A DNA stretch of 64,000 nucleotides from Xylographa opegraphella (Eukaryota). Of this stretch, positions 24,501 to 37,683 are shown in pieces. Under the pieces are notes generated by a model that had not been told where the DNA came from, did no database searches, and saw nothing but the letters and a program-made list of their open reading frames with translations. The stretch's first letter is position 1; each line of letters begins with the position of its first letter. The stretch spans positions 1-64,000 of the forward strand of contig JALDZX010000002.1 in assembly GCA_022813865.1 (NCBI GenBank). Reading direction: 5' to 3'. A program made the translations under genes and the position numbers.

Positions 24501-25870
24501 TTCACTTGTGCCGCTATCAGAAGAGGAGTCCCAGGAAGACGATGTATCAGAGAATTCAGAATCAGTATCGGAAGTTACCGAACTCGTATCAATATCAGTA
24601 GAGCTCTGTGATCATTCGTTAGTGAAGCTGTCCGACAATCTATGCGCTGCACCGTACCTCGTCCTTGCTTTCGTGGCCAGTCTTGAACCGCTTTGATCTC
24701 TGCCCCGGTTGGACGTTCTCCTTATTCGATTCCGTTGAGTCAGCGGCAGTACCAAAGTCGCCATCAGAGTCTTCATCATCGTCCGCTTCGGAGTCGAAAG
24801 CCTGACGAACAGTTGCAGGAGTCTCAAACTCCTGCATCTCGAATCGTACACTCTTCAGACTCGCGCTAGAGCTTCTCCTGCTTGCCGGAATAGATTTTGA
24901 CATTTTCAGTTCCAGATCAGTCTTTTTACGACTCAACTTTGACGAAGCATTTTTCTTTGCTGATTGGCGGCATGGAGGAATAGGCTCATCGGTATAGTAT
25001 TGGTCTAGTAAAGGATTATGGTATTCGCCAACGTACTGGAATTGTTCTTCCTGTGAGACATACAAGGGCAGTGCCTCACGGATTCCAAGGCCTTCTTCTC
25101 GTCGTCTCTTTCGAGACTTTGGAACTATGGACGCATATTCTGTTGCAGCATCGGAGATAACGGAATTTGGAAACCCTTTATCGAAGTCTTCCGATTCCTG
25201 GTTCAAGTCTTGTATCTCATTGGTAAGATCCATATCTTCACCTTCGCTAACTTCATAGTCTCCATCATCCACGTCTTCTACATCATCGTCGGACTCTTCA
25301 ATATCTGCATCATTGGGATTTGACTTGACCAAGGCCTGCTGGGTAATGTGGGGTTCAATTAAGTTTTCATTCCCCTCATAAACCTCGTATGTCAGCCGTA
25401 TACGCTTCCTGGGAGGAATCTTGATTGGAGGTCGGTCAGCCCGACGAAGGAACGGACGACCAAAAGCGACACCATCAATGAGGTGCTTCCCATCCCAAGA
25501 AATTTGGTGTCTACCAGAAATCTTTCGCAACCGTAAGTCTGAAGTTTGGAGAGGTCTCACACTAATGAGATCGTCTGTCAGCTTCCACACAAATGATATG
25601 ACTTAGAGTGCCGCACGAGACATGGTCATTCTCCTTCAATATGCTCAAAGAGCAAAAGTGTAGACATTCGAAACCATTAACCTCAACCACATAGTCTTCA
25701 AGGCCCCAGTCAGCTGCTTCTAATGGTACTATCTCATTGATCTGGTCCAAAAGTTGTGCGATGGTAATATTTGCTCCGTCCTCGGTACGATTGGGCCGTA
25801 GTGCGATTGGATCCCACAACAAATACACAGAGACCATACCCTGCCTACTGACAGTCAACTGAAGCCTCAT
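21540..25870 (-). CDS. Large low-complexity nuclear protein, coilin-like (folded N-terminal domain plus Tudor-like domain), 3 exons
   Basis: Introns at 25616..25562 and about 24656..24606 join three ORF pieces. N-terminus MRLQLTV...WGLEDYVVEVNGFECLHF; internal AVECC...PPFPFVQRWD and PGATIAFQQLEMS..NWQPTVSEYHTAVI. Confidence 0.7.
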
Positions 25871-26110
25871 CGCAGTCACAAAGTGCTTTGAGTGCTGAAA
25901 ATAAATGGGTTGTTCCGCAGTTTACAATGCTGAAAAACGATGATTAGATACGCGACGTGAAGTGCTTCTCCAGAGTACCTAGTTACAGGATCTGCACAGG
26001 GATCTGGGAGCCAGAGAAACCTTAAATCACCAACCCCATGCTTTATGCATTCGCCACGTTTAAGCAGTTAAAATGGTACAATTCAAATGAGACCATTCAG
26101 CCACTAATGT

Positions 26111-27178
26111 TCAATATTTTATTCTATGTTTCGACTTTGGCACACTATCTTCGAGTCCCCCAGTTTGACTGCCACGCCGGACCAACGCACCAGACATCGT
26201 GTAGTCATTTCGTCCAGGTCTACTGAGGAGTCCACCATTGACTGAATGGGACGCCCTTTCTTCCTGTAGCATATTATCTTCTTCTTCCTCTGCACTCAGA
26301 AGTGTGCCCTCAATACTCAGAAAACTCTTCTCTCTCTCGGTGCTTGACGATATATCTACATCTTTAACACGAAACCTCATGGGACCTTCGATCCTCCTAC
26401 CCTCAGCGTCTTCAAAGTGACCATCATCTTCCTGCACCGCTTGCGAATTGGGGAGGACAGTATTGGTTTGTTGGTTATCTTCGTCGAGCGAAGAATCGCT
26501 GTGACTGTGTTTTAATTTGGTTTTCGATTTCGTCTTGCTCCCCCCAATTACCCACTTCCACGTAGTCGGTAGTCTTCTTCTCTCAATGCTTGCATTGAAT
26601 AAATTCCAACATACAATTCCCAAGTGACTTTCACTCTGCAAATTGACCCAACCATCAATCCAATCTCCGCTTTGCGGCTTGAAGACCAGAAAATCAGCTG
26701 TCAACCACACGAAGCTCACAGCGTACTCATCGATTGACTTGGCCAGCACTTTGTTGACAGGGGTACCTTGATCTGCTTTCGGCGGTTGTTCGGATAACTG
26801 GACGTTACTGTAGGCGAAAATAATCCCTTTGAAGGGCGGGTAGTATGTCAAGATCAAGGGCGATAAGTGTTCGGCACAGAGGCCCTCGAGTGGATAGGAT
26901 TGGCATATAGGTGACAGGGGGAGGAAGAGTGAGACGGTCTTCTGATAGAATGGCGAATGGAGTGAAGAATCTAAGCCTGTTCCTGCTATAGCTGCGATGG
27001 TAGAAGTTTCTTTGGATTTGCTGACACGAGGCTTCTTTGTTGACGATTGCTCAGTTGGGTGTGCGCTTTCATCGGCATTGCGTTTGCGCTTTGTTTGACT
27101 ACCCTCACCACGGGTTTTCTGTGACTTGTTACGGGGACGAACATCGACAGACTTCCGGCTATTAGTATCCACCGACAT
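26111..27178 (-). CDS. RPA43: RNA polymerase I subunit A43
   Basis: HLSPLILTYY..GIIFAYSN, VWLTADFLVFKP, and GWVNLQSESHLG..NLFNASI..RLP..W (OB fold). First ATG at 27178. Confidence 0.9.
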   Translation of the reverse strand: MSVDTNSRKSVDVRPRNKSQKTRGEGSQTKRKRNADESAHPTEQSSTKKPRVSKSKETSTIAAIAGTGLDSSLHSPFYQKTVSLFLPLSPICQSYPLEGLCAEHLSPLILTYYPPFKGIIFAYSNVQLSEQPPKADQGTPVNKVLAKSIDEYAVSFVWLTADFLVFKPQSGDWIDGWVNLQSESHLGIVCWNLFNASIERRRLPTTWKWVIGGSKTKSKTKLKHSHSDSSLDEDNQQTNTVLPNSQAVQEDDGHFEDAEGRRIEGPMRFRVKDVDISSSTEREKSFLSIEGTLLSAEEEEDNMLQEERASHSVNGGLLSRPGRNDYTMSGALVRRGSQTGGLEDSVPKSKHRIKY

Positions 27179-27472
27179 TGTTGCCGGAAGTAGGACGACC
27201 TTGGGCTGCGTTGCACAATCTAAAGCTCGCAAAAAAGTGTCCGACCGATTTTTCTCCACGATCCTAGCTATTAAGGTTGCGGGTGATCGACTGACTACAG
27301 GGATCAAGCGCTAACGTCTGAAAGGTCGAATTGGCCGGTGTTTAGCTGGCCAATGAAATGGCGACACTCTGGCACTTTCTCCTCGTATAATTACTATTAT
27401 AATACTTCTGAACACTACAAGAAAAAGAAGTTCGAATATCCTTCGGCCTTACATGATGATATCTCATGGTTC

Positions 27473-28746
27473 ATGTCTGCAACTCTGTTACCATTTATAG
27501 GCTGGACCTTTTTGCCAAATGTGAGAAATCCTGCTTACAATGTACCGACCAGCCGGCGGCTGTATTGCTGATATTGCTGACCATCAATAGCTTGTAACTG
27601 GTTGGATACAGTCCATTTATTATGGCTTCAGTATCCGCGCTGGCGACCCCAAGCCGCAGCCAGGCTCACCAAGATATGTCAAACATAGGCAGCGCATACT
27701 GTTCATTGTGATAGTTGCTTACCTGCTGTACACAATTTACGAAGTCGACGACCAGCTTCGACGGCAAGGAAATTTTTACGAGTCGCTGGGAGTAGCTCAA
27801 GATGCCGGAGACAGAGCCATAAAGTCTGGTTTTCGGCGATTGTACGTACATCATCAATATTTCAGCCCTGGGATTATATTCGCTAACCAAGGACTTCAGA
27901 GCTGCAAAGCATCATCCAGACAAAGTCACGGCTTCTGGAGATCGAGGAGCTTCAGGCGGCCACTTCGTCCACCTTAAACTCGCTCAAGACACACTTTTGA
28001 ATCCTACTCAGCGCTTTGCCTATGACAGGTTCGGCCCTGATGCCCTCAACTGGCGACACTGCTCTACTGTTGGTGACTATCTATTCGAGGCTCTCGTCAA
28101 GTTCGGACCCACCTATCTTGGTGCTGGAATAATGATGGCGATTCTTGGTATCACAGGATATCTGCAATGGGGTCGTTTTGTGAGAAGGATCTTATTCTCG
28201 CACATTAATGCTCAGAAGCTGACATGACACATCATTCAGTGGCGCTATCTTTTCTCCGCCCTGCTCCTCCTTCTCGAATTTTATACCATAACACGTCCTT
28301 ACTGGCCACCCTTCCTTGACAACTTTATCAATCCGGTCCTTTTGCGCTTGACAAGCCATCCTCCACTCCTACCATTCCAGCTCTTAGTACTCGCTCGGAA
28401 GACCACGCTTTCCATCTTTATCGCCCTTTCACAGCTGGGTCCTCTGTTCCAACCCACGCCGTCCACGTCCGCTACATCTTCAGCAACAGGCGGCATCAAT
28501 CCGCAGCAGCTCAATCGTATTGAGCAGATAACGCAGGCAAACGAAGTAGAAGCGACGAGACTTTTAGGTCTAGACATGGCGCCTTTCGTCGGAGACGGGC
28601 ATAGTGTCGGTGATCTGAAGGTGAAATTAAAGGAGTGGTTGGTGCAGAATACTATACGGAACGATCCAGAGGTACGCGATGCTATGGGAAAGGTCATGGG
28701 GAGGAGAAGGCTCGGTGCGCCTGCCGGCGCTCGAAACATAAGGTAA
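27473..28746 (+). CDS. Membrane-associated DnaJ-domain protein, 4 exons
   Basis: NFYESLGV...IKSGFRRL|AAKHHPDK, AQDTLLNPTQRFAYDRFGP, and several TM segments. Confidence 0.88.
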
Positions 28747-29915
28747 ACTACGGACGTAGACACAGCATTGCCTGGAGTTAGTAAATCAAACGTGCACAAT
28801 AAACCAAAACCAACAGCCAAATTCTGCATCGCTTCATCCCCTATTTCCTAAAGCTCCTTATCCATATTATTGCTATGACTATTCGGATTATCTGCTGGCC
28901 AGGGCCCCCAAACTAAGGTAAGCGATTGTGGGCAGAAGGGGGCTCATCAGCTTCGCTCAATCGTCACTGGTGCACCGCATATTGTGCTAAGGAGAGCATT
29001 TTCTCCGGTCCGAATTCATCACCCAGGACTCCGAAGCATCTCAAGCTGAAGAGAAAATACCCGCCTTGAGGATCCCGTACTTCTTCACCTATTTTGCCGC
29101 CACACAACTAGCGATGGCCGTATAATTTGACAGCACCTGTCCGTCCCAGTTTCCAGCGATTACCTCTGCTCACATAGAGCTGCTGTACATAATACTTCAC
29201 AATTGCCATTCAGTAGGGACAAGCAGACCCAGGAAGCATTGTCCTCGGATCTGTAACCCATATCGGCTCACAAAGACTGCGGAGACCTCCCGAATATGGT
29301 CTGATGTTCCCCACGAGCTCGGAAGTCGTCCATTTACGGTACCGAGAAACGATCCTCATGACGAGCGTAATCCTTTAAATCTTGCGGAGCAGTGGGGAGC
29401 TTCTTGCGTTTTGAGGTCTTTCACCATATCTCCTTAAAGTCGCTCAGAGAAGAAGAGCTCTATTAACAGTATCAATGTAGTGAGGCCAATCAGAAATGAT
29501 CATATCTTAATCACTGAGAACTTCGGTAAATTTTAGAGATGTATATCAGGACTCTGAAAATACTAACCTGAAGAACTGGCGTGTATGGCACTGGGAATTG
29601 CGTAAGTGGTCGAACAGTATAGCTAAGAGCCTCGAGCTGATCACATGTCCACTAAGAGAATGACCTCGAATAATAATCGTTCATGCCATATTGGGAATCA
29701 AGTCACGCGGAAAGAATGGTTCCAGTAGTTATCGTGTAGAATAAGGACGTTCGTAAAAATCATACATTCCTAGGAGTCTAAAAGGCGACAACAAGAATAA
29801 TATCAATCACGGCCCGACGAGTTTTATTTTGTAAGTAACGCGGCATAGATACAAAATGAAGACTTCTCGGAACGATATACAGCCTGAAACGAAAGTGCAA
29901 CCATTCGACAGTGGC

Positions 29916-31232
29916 TCAAGCGCAAGCCAATCTGGTGATGAAATATAGTCGTATGGGAACACTTGCAGAATGAAAGAACCCGATTTGGTCGTTGTGTTGG
30001 ATGCTCGAGAACTTGATTAGCTGTAATTGCAGGTTGTGAGATTCTTCCATCCACAGTCAACTTCCTGTATAGATAGTAGGAAGGCCAACTCACCGCAACT
30101 ATTTTCAAAGGTCTCTATTGTGCGCTCATTTCTCACTGTAGCCGATATGAAACAAACCATGAATGGGTTCTTCTCAAATAATTGTATAATCGTTGACACA
30201 AGAGGTAAGACCAGTCGTTTGTCGAAGGTCTATACGCATTAACAGAAAATGGTCAGATAGCTGTTAAACTTAACATCCGCCAATTTCAAAATTACATCAA
30301 ATGTACAAAGATTGGCCACTGAAGACTTCAATGCAATGTCTTATAATGTACAGACTCTAGGAGAGAGAAGAACGTACTACATCTGCACCGAGCGCGACAT
30401 CAAAGATTCGGTTACTATTGTGGCTTTCGAATATTCCATCGGTAAGCACATGACCCCATTTGAGTACTACTGAATCAATAACGCCACTCCCTTCAAGTCC
30501 ATTGAGATATACGTTTGAGGCCATATCATCGACGACTTCTCCGCTCCCGTCGGTTGCCAGTACATAATTGGCCGCGAGATGTTTGGCACATAGTATAGAA
30601 ATAAAGCCAGTTCCAGCCCCAAGCTCGATGACGGTCTTGTTTTCAACCAGAAGCCTACCTTCAGTAGCGGAAAGATAAGTTCCCAAGTATAATGCAGCTT
30701 CCCAGGTTCGTAGTCCAGTAGTCCCGGTCGATGCCAATAAGGCTCGAGCTTCTAGTGTAGTTATGGTTGCAGCATTTGAAGCTGTGGTTGGCATTGTATA
30801 AGTTACATAACTCTTTTGCAATGCAGCGATTGTTGCAGGCACTTGCTGACGAGACATTAGCTGGGCTAGGCACGCCGTAAGGTCGTCGGAAATCTCCTGG
30901 ATGCATTATCGGAATAGGTCAGTTCTGAGAGGTAGACATTTTGCTCATTCATCGAAATTGCAGTTTTCGATTGGTAGCCCGAGGATAATTGGAAAGCATA
31001 CATCCTCCTCTGGGTCTATGACGGCTCTTTCCATCTGTTCGACCAGCATTTTCAAGACACGAATTCCATATCGATCCGGCGGTGAGTAGTTTAAGCACTC
31101 CTCCCGAAACATGGTGTCATATAGGTAAGCCTGTACATGGGGTAATCTTATTTGTTCCAGAGAGGGTAAGATTAGGCGCTCCTGCTCTAGTAGTTGTAGA
31201 AACTGTCTTCGCAATAGTTCCAGACTGTCCAT
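29916..31232 (-). CDS. EFM3: Protein-lysine N-methyltransferase (EEF2KMT/FAM86A family), 4 exons
   Basis: GTTGLRTWEAALYL, VIELGAGTG, LATDG, LKWG, GADV|TFD, ATVRNERT. The last exon is reconstructed as ending ...PIRLYFITRLACA*. Confidence 0.85.
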
Positions 31233-31625
31233 CGGAGTGCTTGCAGTTGTAAAGTGTAATAGAAAGATCAGTCGAATGACTGGGAAAGCCAGACCTCTTT
31301 ACTTAGTAGCGATGAATCGCAAAGGTCGATCAGATATATATCAAGCCATTTAGATCAGTTTAGCTACATTTGCTGATAGTACTCCTAGAAGATAGGACAT
31401 GGCATCATGTAGGGCTAGAGTGCCGTAAGGTACCTTACGGAAGGGGCCGACATCACATCAAGCTTAGCTTCTTCGCTTAGGTTTCCACTCCCACACTTTC
31501 GCGACGACAGACATTTTTACGTGCGACTACGAAACCAAGCTCGTCAACGATCCGCACCGGTAGGTCGGTATTTGAGAGCAGTGGTTTGGTATAATCACAT
31601 CGCAGCTGATTTCGTGCTAGTAATC

Positions 31626-32176
31626 ATGGCAGACCGAGAGCAGCCAGTTACGCTGCGAACCCGCAAGTTCATCCGGAATGCCCTTCTTGGAAGAAAGCAA
31701 ATGGTCGTGTATGGCATCCTCCATTTGTTAGCTAAGTCTACAGATTGTCGAATTTACTGACGTATCATCAGCGATGTCCTACATCCCAATCGCGCCAACG
31801 TCTCCAAAGACGAACTCCGCTCAAAACTTGCCGATCTTTACAAGACCAGCAAAGACCAAGTTTCCGTTTTCGGCTTCCGGACACAATATGGTGGTGGAAA
31901 GAGTACAGGTTTTGCTCTACTGTACGATACGGTTGACGCAATGAAGAAGTTCGAGCCGCATTACCGGCTAGTAAGAATTGGGGTTTCGAGCAAGATTGAG
32001 AAGCCGAGCAGACAGCAACGTATGTCTTATACAGAATACTTCACGAGATTTTGTCAGGCTAGAAATGCTGTGCTAACGAATATTCTTTCTGTACAGGCAA
32101 GCAACGGAAGAATCGAGCCAAGACTTTACGCGGTACAGCCAAGGTCAAAGGCCCAGCGAAGAAGAAAGAGAAATAG
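31626..32176 (+). CDS. RPS24: 40S ribosomal protein S24 (eS24), 3 coding exons plus a 5' UTR intron (31560-31620)
   Basis: [41 protein letters not shown]...[15 protein letters not shown]...RKQRKNRAK. Confidence 0.97.
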
Positions 32177-33439
32177 AGGATTCGCTTTGGTGGATGTTGC
32201 TGTTGTTAGTTGGCGAGAGCCTGTGGAGAATACCTCATGTATCTTCCTATGTGCTCGATGAGATGGCATATCATGGCGTATTGGGAAAGAAGCTAGCATC
32301 TAATGACAGATGACAGTTGACCACTGAGCTTCAATACATGAGTGATGTGGAGGTGCGACACATTCCAATACTGTATTAGGCCAAACACTCCTATTCACGA
32401 AACTTTTGTGGTGTGTGCACAACAATATTTGGCAGTGGGATCACATTATTGAATGTGCTCTCGATCCTAGGCATTCAAATATGATTGTCAACTCCCTCTT
32501 CCAACTTCTTCTATCTTGCATATCTATATCCCGTCCCAGTTTCAAGCTGATCATTGTTTTCATTCGTTGTACTCCTGTGCTCCGTATCAGCACGGTGGCC
32601 AAAGAATAGTGCGCAATTGTTCAAACAATTCATACCATTCATACAACCTATCGAAAGCACATTATGGACTTACCGACTTGCCAGCCCCCTCAAACACAGA
32701 GCGGCACCTTATTTCGATCTTTCCACCATTAAAGACCGCTACCCATATTGTTGTGAATCTGATGATAATCAAAGGGTTGACGCTGACTTCGAGCTATATT
32801 GCGCAAACCCTGGAATAAGGTAATCTTAGACTTGCGCTGCGGTAAAAGCGTACAAAGAAATAAAACCCTGTAACAATTTACAAATGATTAAAAAGTATTG
32901 AGACAGTCATCTCTCAATTACACACGGTAATTATGATCCATTGATCAAGGGCATGCTCTTAGCGGTACAATGTGTGATACCCGTGTAAGAGCGATCGCCA
33001 TTTGCAAACCGGCACAAAACGAGGATTGAAGTCTGTCACCCTTAGTCTATCAAAGATAACATCTACAGTAAGTCCACTGTGACCACTAAAACCTCCAACG
33101 CAGCCAGTTCTTGGCTGTCTGCTTCGGTCGTGCTCTCGACACAATGCTACGGTATGATTACAATAATTGATCAGAGACCATGAAAGGCAAATTCTGCCGT
33201 AACCACCGAAAGCCTGTAGGCGGCAGGATCGAACGCATTTTTGGGACCTGAGTACTCATTGCACAAGGATCTCTTCTTTGCATCAAGACAGCATGTCACC
33301 GAAAGGACAGAATACTCAAACTGAGAGCTGTTTTACCCCTTGCGCCGAACCCCGGAACAATGCCGAAATACAAGCCAACGCGCCCGGGTGTCGAACGGGG
33401 AAACAAGAGCGTAAAAAACATGGTGAACGGAGAATAAGA

Positions 33440-35112
33440 TCATCGTCGCGAACTACCAAGGCTTGCTATCGAGGTTCGGTGGGCGATCCGAGAAGTTGCG
33501 TCACTAGATCTGCGGCGTTGACTATGGTACAAAGATGTTTCCTGGGCCTGAGGATGTCGCAGGTGTGTGTAAGGCTGGCCATTGAGAAGAGTAGCCGGCG
33601 AAGAATCGGAAGCCTGCGAATCTGACTTGGTCCCACTTCCATTACTGTAGGTATAAATATTGGAGGTAGAAAAATCTCGGCGTAGCAAAGGGTCGCTGGA
33701 TAAACCCGTGTCGTATGCTAAACTGACACTTCCGTGATTTTCCATCGCGGTCGGTGCCACGGTTGCTCTCAAGGCAGAAGATGAATCTGGGGCTGGGGCG
33801 GCAGTGCTCGTCGGCGGACTGTGTGTCAAGTAACCGAACTCGGTCTGCCGAGTATCGGGCGGAGAAGTTGATGCCTTATTGGAGGATAATGATAGAGTGT
33901 AGGTGCCAGCGCCAGAAGATTCCGTGCTCGTTGGGGTGTGGCTTCCACCATTATTTGTTCGTTCAGGGCTCCAGAGAGTGCTAGATTTTGAACCGCTTTG
34001 CTGAGACACAAACGGTGCAAAACCGTTTGACAATCCAAGATTTGATCCATTGCCATGCTCTATAGGGAAGGGAAGAACATCACCTCGCTGACGCACTGGC
34101 AGGCCTCGCCCATTGCTTCGAACCGGAGCAGGTAGGGTAGTTGCCAGATGACTCATCGAAAAATATGAGGAGTTGTCATTAGAGATTGGTCCTGAAGACA
34201 GTCCTGCTTCATTATAGCTCAGCGTGGTAGGGACATATTTACCAGGTAATTCTGGCTCATATGTCAAACTGTAGCGATCGGGTATAGACCAGTGACGCGA
34301 AGAATCTGTGTTTCCAAAAACAGCCGTAGCTCCCTGAGACTCTGGTGCTGGTAGTCCATATTGGTTGGCATAAGGATCGAATACGCCATCTACCAGATTT
34401 GAGCCATAGCCATTCCCATAAGTAGTCCTATTCGGTACTCCTTGATAGGGGAGAGTTTGATAACTGCTGGACAATTGCCCCCGTGCAGCGGAGGATATAC
34501 CTGGTATCGAGGAAAGAGCATAAGAGGAGGTTGGACAGGAGGTACCGGATGGATAAGTGCTGAAATCAGCACTTATTCCACTTAACACTGAGGGAATGCT
34601 CGAAACTCCATTGGGCTGATATGGCCATGGACACTGGGGCTCCGCATAACTAAAGGTTTGCGAGTTCACCTATTAATTCAAGTACGTTAGCAAATCGCCT
34701 TCGAATTTGTGAGTTCTGAGTATTATACCCGTAGGAACTGACAGGCGCCACTTTCTTGACCAGCACTCTTACAATTCTGGCACCCTTGGCCATCCCCACG
34801 ATCGCCACTACATTTGATTTTCCTCTTCCGACAACGCGAACACTGGCACAAATATCAGCCTTTGCTTGAGGTACGATCTCACAGGGTTGAGCTGAACAGA
34901 GAATTACGCACAGCTACGGCGATTCGCCGTCGTGGATGCTGGTTCTTCTCCGAGTCTGAATCACGAGGAGGGCTTTCTTGTATAGTAAGTGATCCCATTG
35001 TGTGCACCCTTGACGATTCCCGGGAGGAATGAGTTATGTTCATGGGAGGAGCCCGCGCTGAACGGCGATAGTAGTCCCCTGGATTTGGATTATGATAATA
35101 AAGACGTGTCAT
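33440..35112 (-). CDS. Zn(II)2Cys6 transcription factor, 3 exons
   Basis: Splicing gives RRRIAVA|CSRCRKRKIKCSGDRGDGQGCQNCKSAGQESGACQFLR|VNSQ followed by an S/P/Y-rich tail. The start ATG is uncertain (35112 or 35043). Confidence 0.88.
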
Positions 35113-37683
35113 GGCTGAAGCTAAAAGCAGATACAATGAGTACTCGGAAGATATCCATGAAGAGAATCTTACCAGTGCAGAACGTGATTTGTATGAAGAT
35201 CGAACAACTCGGCGAATTGAGCACACATGAAGTCGTATGGAAATCGAAATTTACCTTTTGCAGAACAAGGCCCCTGGCCCACACATGTGCAAAGATGTAT
35301 CAGAAGTTCAGGGGGAGAGCAAGGACAGCGTTTTGATATACCTCTACGAATTATCTCGCCTCAAGTTGATCTGCTGCACATTCTGTTGATTGCTGTTTTG
35401 TACCTAGGTACATGACGCGCCACGTCTACCGTCACCTTACCGTTTTTTTTGCGATACATCACCTGAAATTGGGCGTCCAAAATATCAACCTCTTGAGGAA
35501 TTGGTTCGGAGCTATTGCTAGTCTTGATGTTCCAGTTGCAGCATCGGAAAGTCGCAGCTGCTAGGGTGCACGAGCATTGGCTAAGGACCGCTCTCATGCA
35601 AGCCTGCAGGCAGAAATTCAAGAGTCAGGCTCGGTGTTTTAGTGTTTCGTAACACAAGTTTAGCGTAGCTATCTGACAGGGGGATTGATCGAATTGTTGG
35701 AAGAGAGGAAAGGCTGTGTCTGTCTAGATTATGGGTGAAATACACAAATCATGAGCTTTGAAAGGATGGACTAAGACTGTCTCATTGCTCTAGAAGCCTC
35801 CCTTCTCACCTCTTGAATCGACACAAGCAAACTCCCGCCAACTGTTGATGTATGATGCTCGGCGCAAACTGCCGTCCACGGCGTTGCTGATCACGTTTGA
35901 CTGACTCATGTAGGAATCCCTGTGGCTTTCGCAGGGTTTAGTCGCACTAGAGTCCAAGAGCGTATTTGGCGTTTGGCATTATCTCTAGTTTGGGGGTTGT
36001 TTGCTTGTAAGTCAAGCGAGCAAACATAGGCAGTAGAACTTCGTCGTGGACTCAAATGCTGTCCAAGATGTAAGCAAAGATCATCCTCCAAGACAGCTAT
36101 ACTCATTGCTCCTCCCCATTGGAAATACAATAAAGCAGAGTATTCTCTGTATGTCTCTTGTAGTGGAGAGCCGATCGATAGGCAGATGTCGTATGGTGAA
36201 ATGATACTCGAGGTCCCACAGCATTTACTATGCTCCCATACTCACATGTAGGCGATGAAAGCCATTACCCACTTTAACAGGTCGAACACGACTTAACTGC
36301 CAAGAAGTATTAACAAATTCGGTCTCAGCTCCACTTGGACTTGACTCCGTTTATCCTACCAATCACTTCCTCTATCAAGACGGCCTGGATAAGAGCACAG
36401 GAGGTGGGTTCCAGTCCCAAGATACCTTGTCGAAATCAGAAGCATCTTACACTACATCTTTCAAGTGACGTGAAGAAACTTCAGTGATCATAGATACAAC
36501 GCAAAAACTCCCTGGCACTCAAAATGCTAAGTTGTGGAAATTAACATGCCACAGACAATTTCGTGCTTCGTCTATCGAGGACGCCTTTTCATACCGGGTA
36601 TGCTGAGGCCACTCTGGCCAAACTTTGCCCACTGCTGCGCGGAAAAGGATTGACACATGCGTCTGTTAAACCCTTTCTCAACCAGCTACATGTAGCAATT
36701 GCAGCAGCAGGTACACATTACATTATGCTAGATAAGTGCACGTGAAGCGTTGTGTGACCCCGCATGCAAATAGAGACTTCCGGCCCATTTCAGTAGACTT
36801 GCGCCAGGCAGTCAAGCGTAGCCATCATGCATCTTCCGAACGAGGCAGAGATAGGCAGCGATCCATGTCCAGTTGTCATCGTGATATCAAATTGTTGCCG
36901 AGAGCTCATAACAATTTTGATTTTTGCTATAGACGCTTCCTTTGAATAATGGAGACAAGAGTTACGTGAGTGGTTTGATGCATGGTCTGTCAGAGACAGC
37001 AAAGAACGTCATCGCAGGGGGGGGATCTCGGAAGTACCATAGCTCTCGGTTGATTGCAGAGAGCTCGTTTACCCACATCTGTTACCGCCGCCCGACCGTT
37101 AGAGCCGTTAGGTTAGTTGAGGTAGAGTGTAACACAGGTACAGGGCTGAGCCCTGGTGAAATGGTCTTCGACCGAGGCTCACGTCGTACTTGGAAGTAAT
37201 CAGTATCGTGGAAGATGTGTCGGGAGGAGAAACGAATTACACAAGAAAGAAGATCCAACGCAAGTAACGGTGATCAAAGAAACCAACAAAACATGAGGTA
37301 CAAGAAGGGCGAATAGCAAACAAGAACCAATCTACGCAAGTCGATATTTCAAGTGGATTCCGTCGGACGGATACAACGGCAATGGTCTTTTCAGAAGCAC
37401 TTTTAAAGTCTCAAGTACTTCATAAACAAGAGCTAGAAATATAAAGTGTGTTAAAGATACTCGGGACGTCTCCTCAGAAGGGGCGAGCAATGCAAATTGG
37501 TGGAAGCTGGTCGCACAAGATGAAAAGCAACGGTTCAAAAATGCACCAAAAATGAGACGGAACTCAAACGCTAAGCCGAAGAGAGCTAGCATTTAATACA
37601 TGTTTTATGAATTTCCGCTCTGTGAGGTAAGGAGATAGCGACGCTGAATGCTGCGACAGAGCAGAGTGCTTGTTGGTGTCGCA

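Noticed and set aside
30231..30377. Longer EFM3 intron as a snoRNA host or stwintron
   Set aside because: No proper C/D pair or nested splice sites of workable length.
32406..32823. Short ORFs resembling a small secreted Cys-containing protein
   Set aside because: The best ORF starts at TTG just after a stop, and there is no consistent splice model.
36545..37592. Protein-like fragments, including WWKLVAQDEKQRF (faintly HMG-box-like)
   Set aside because: The frames are broken by stops and no coherent gene can be built. It may be a decayed pseudogene, but this is unsupported.
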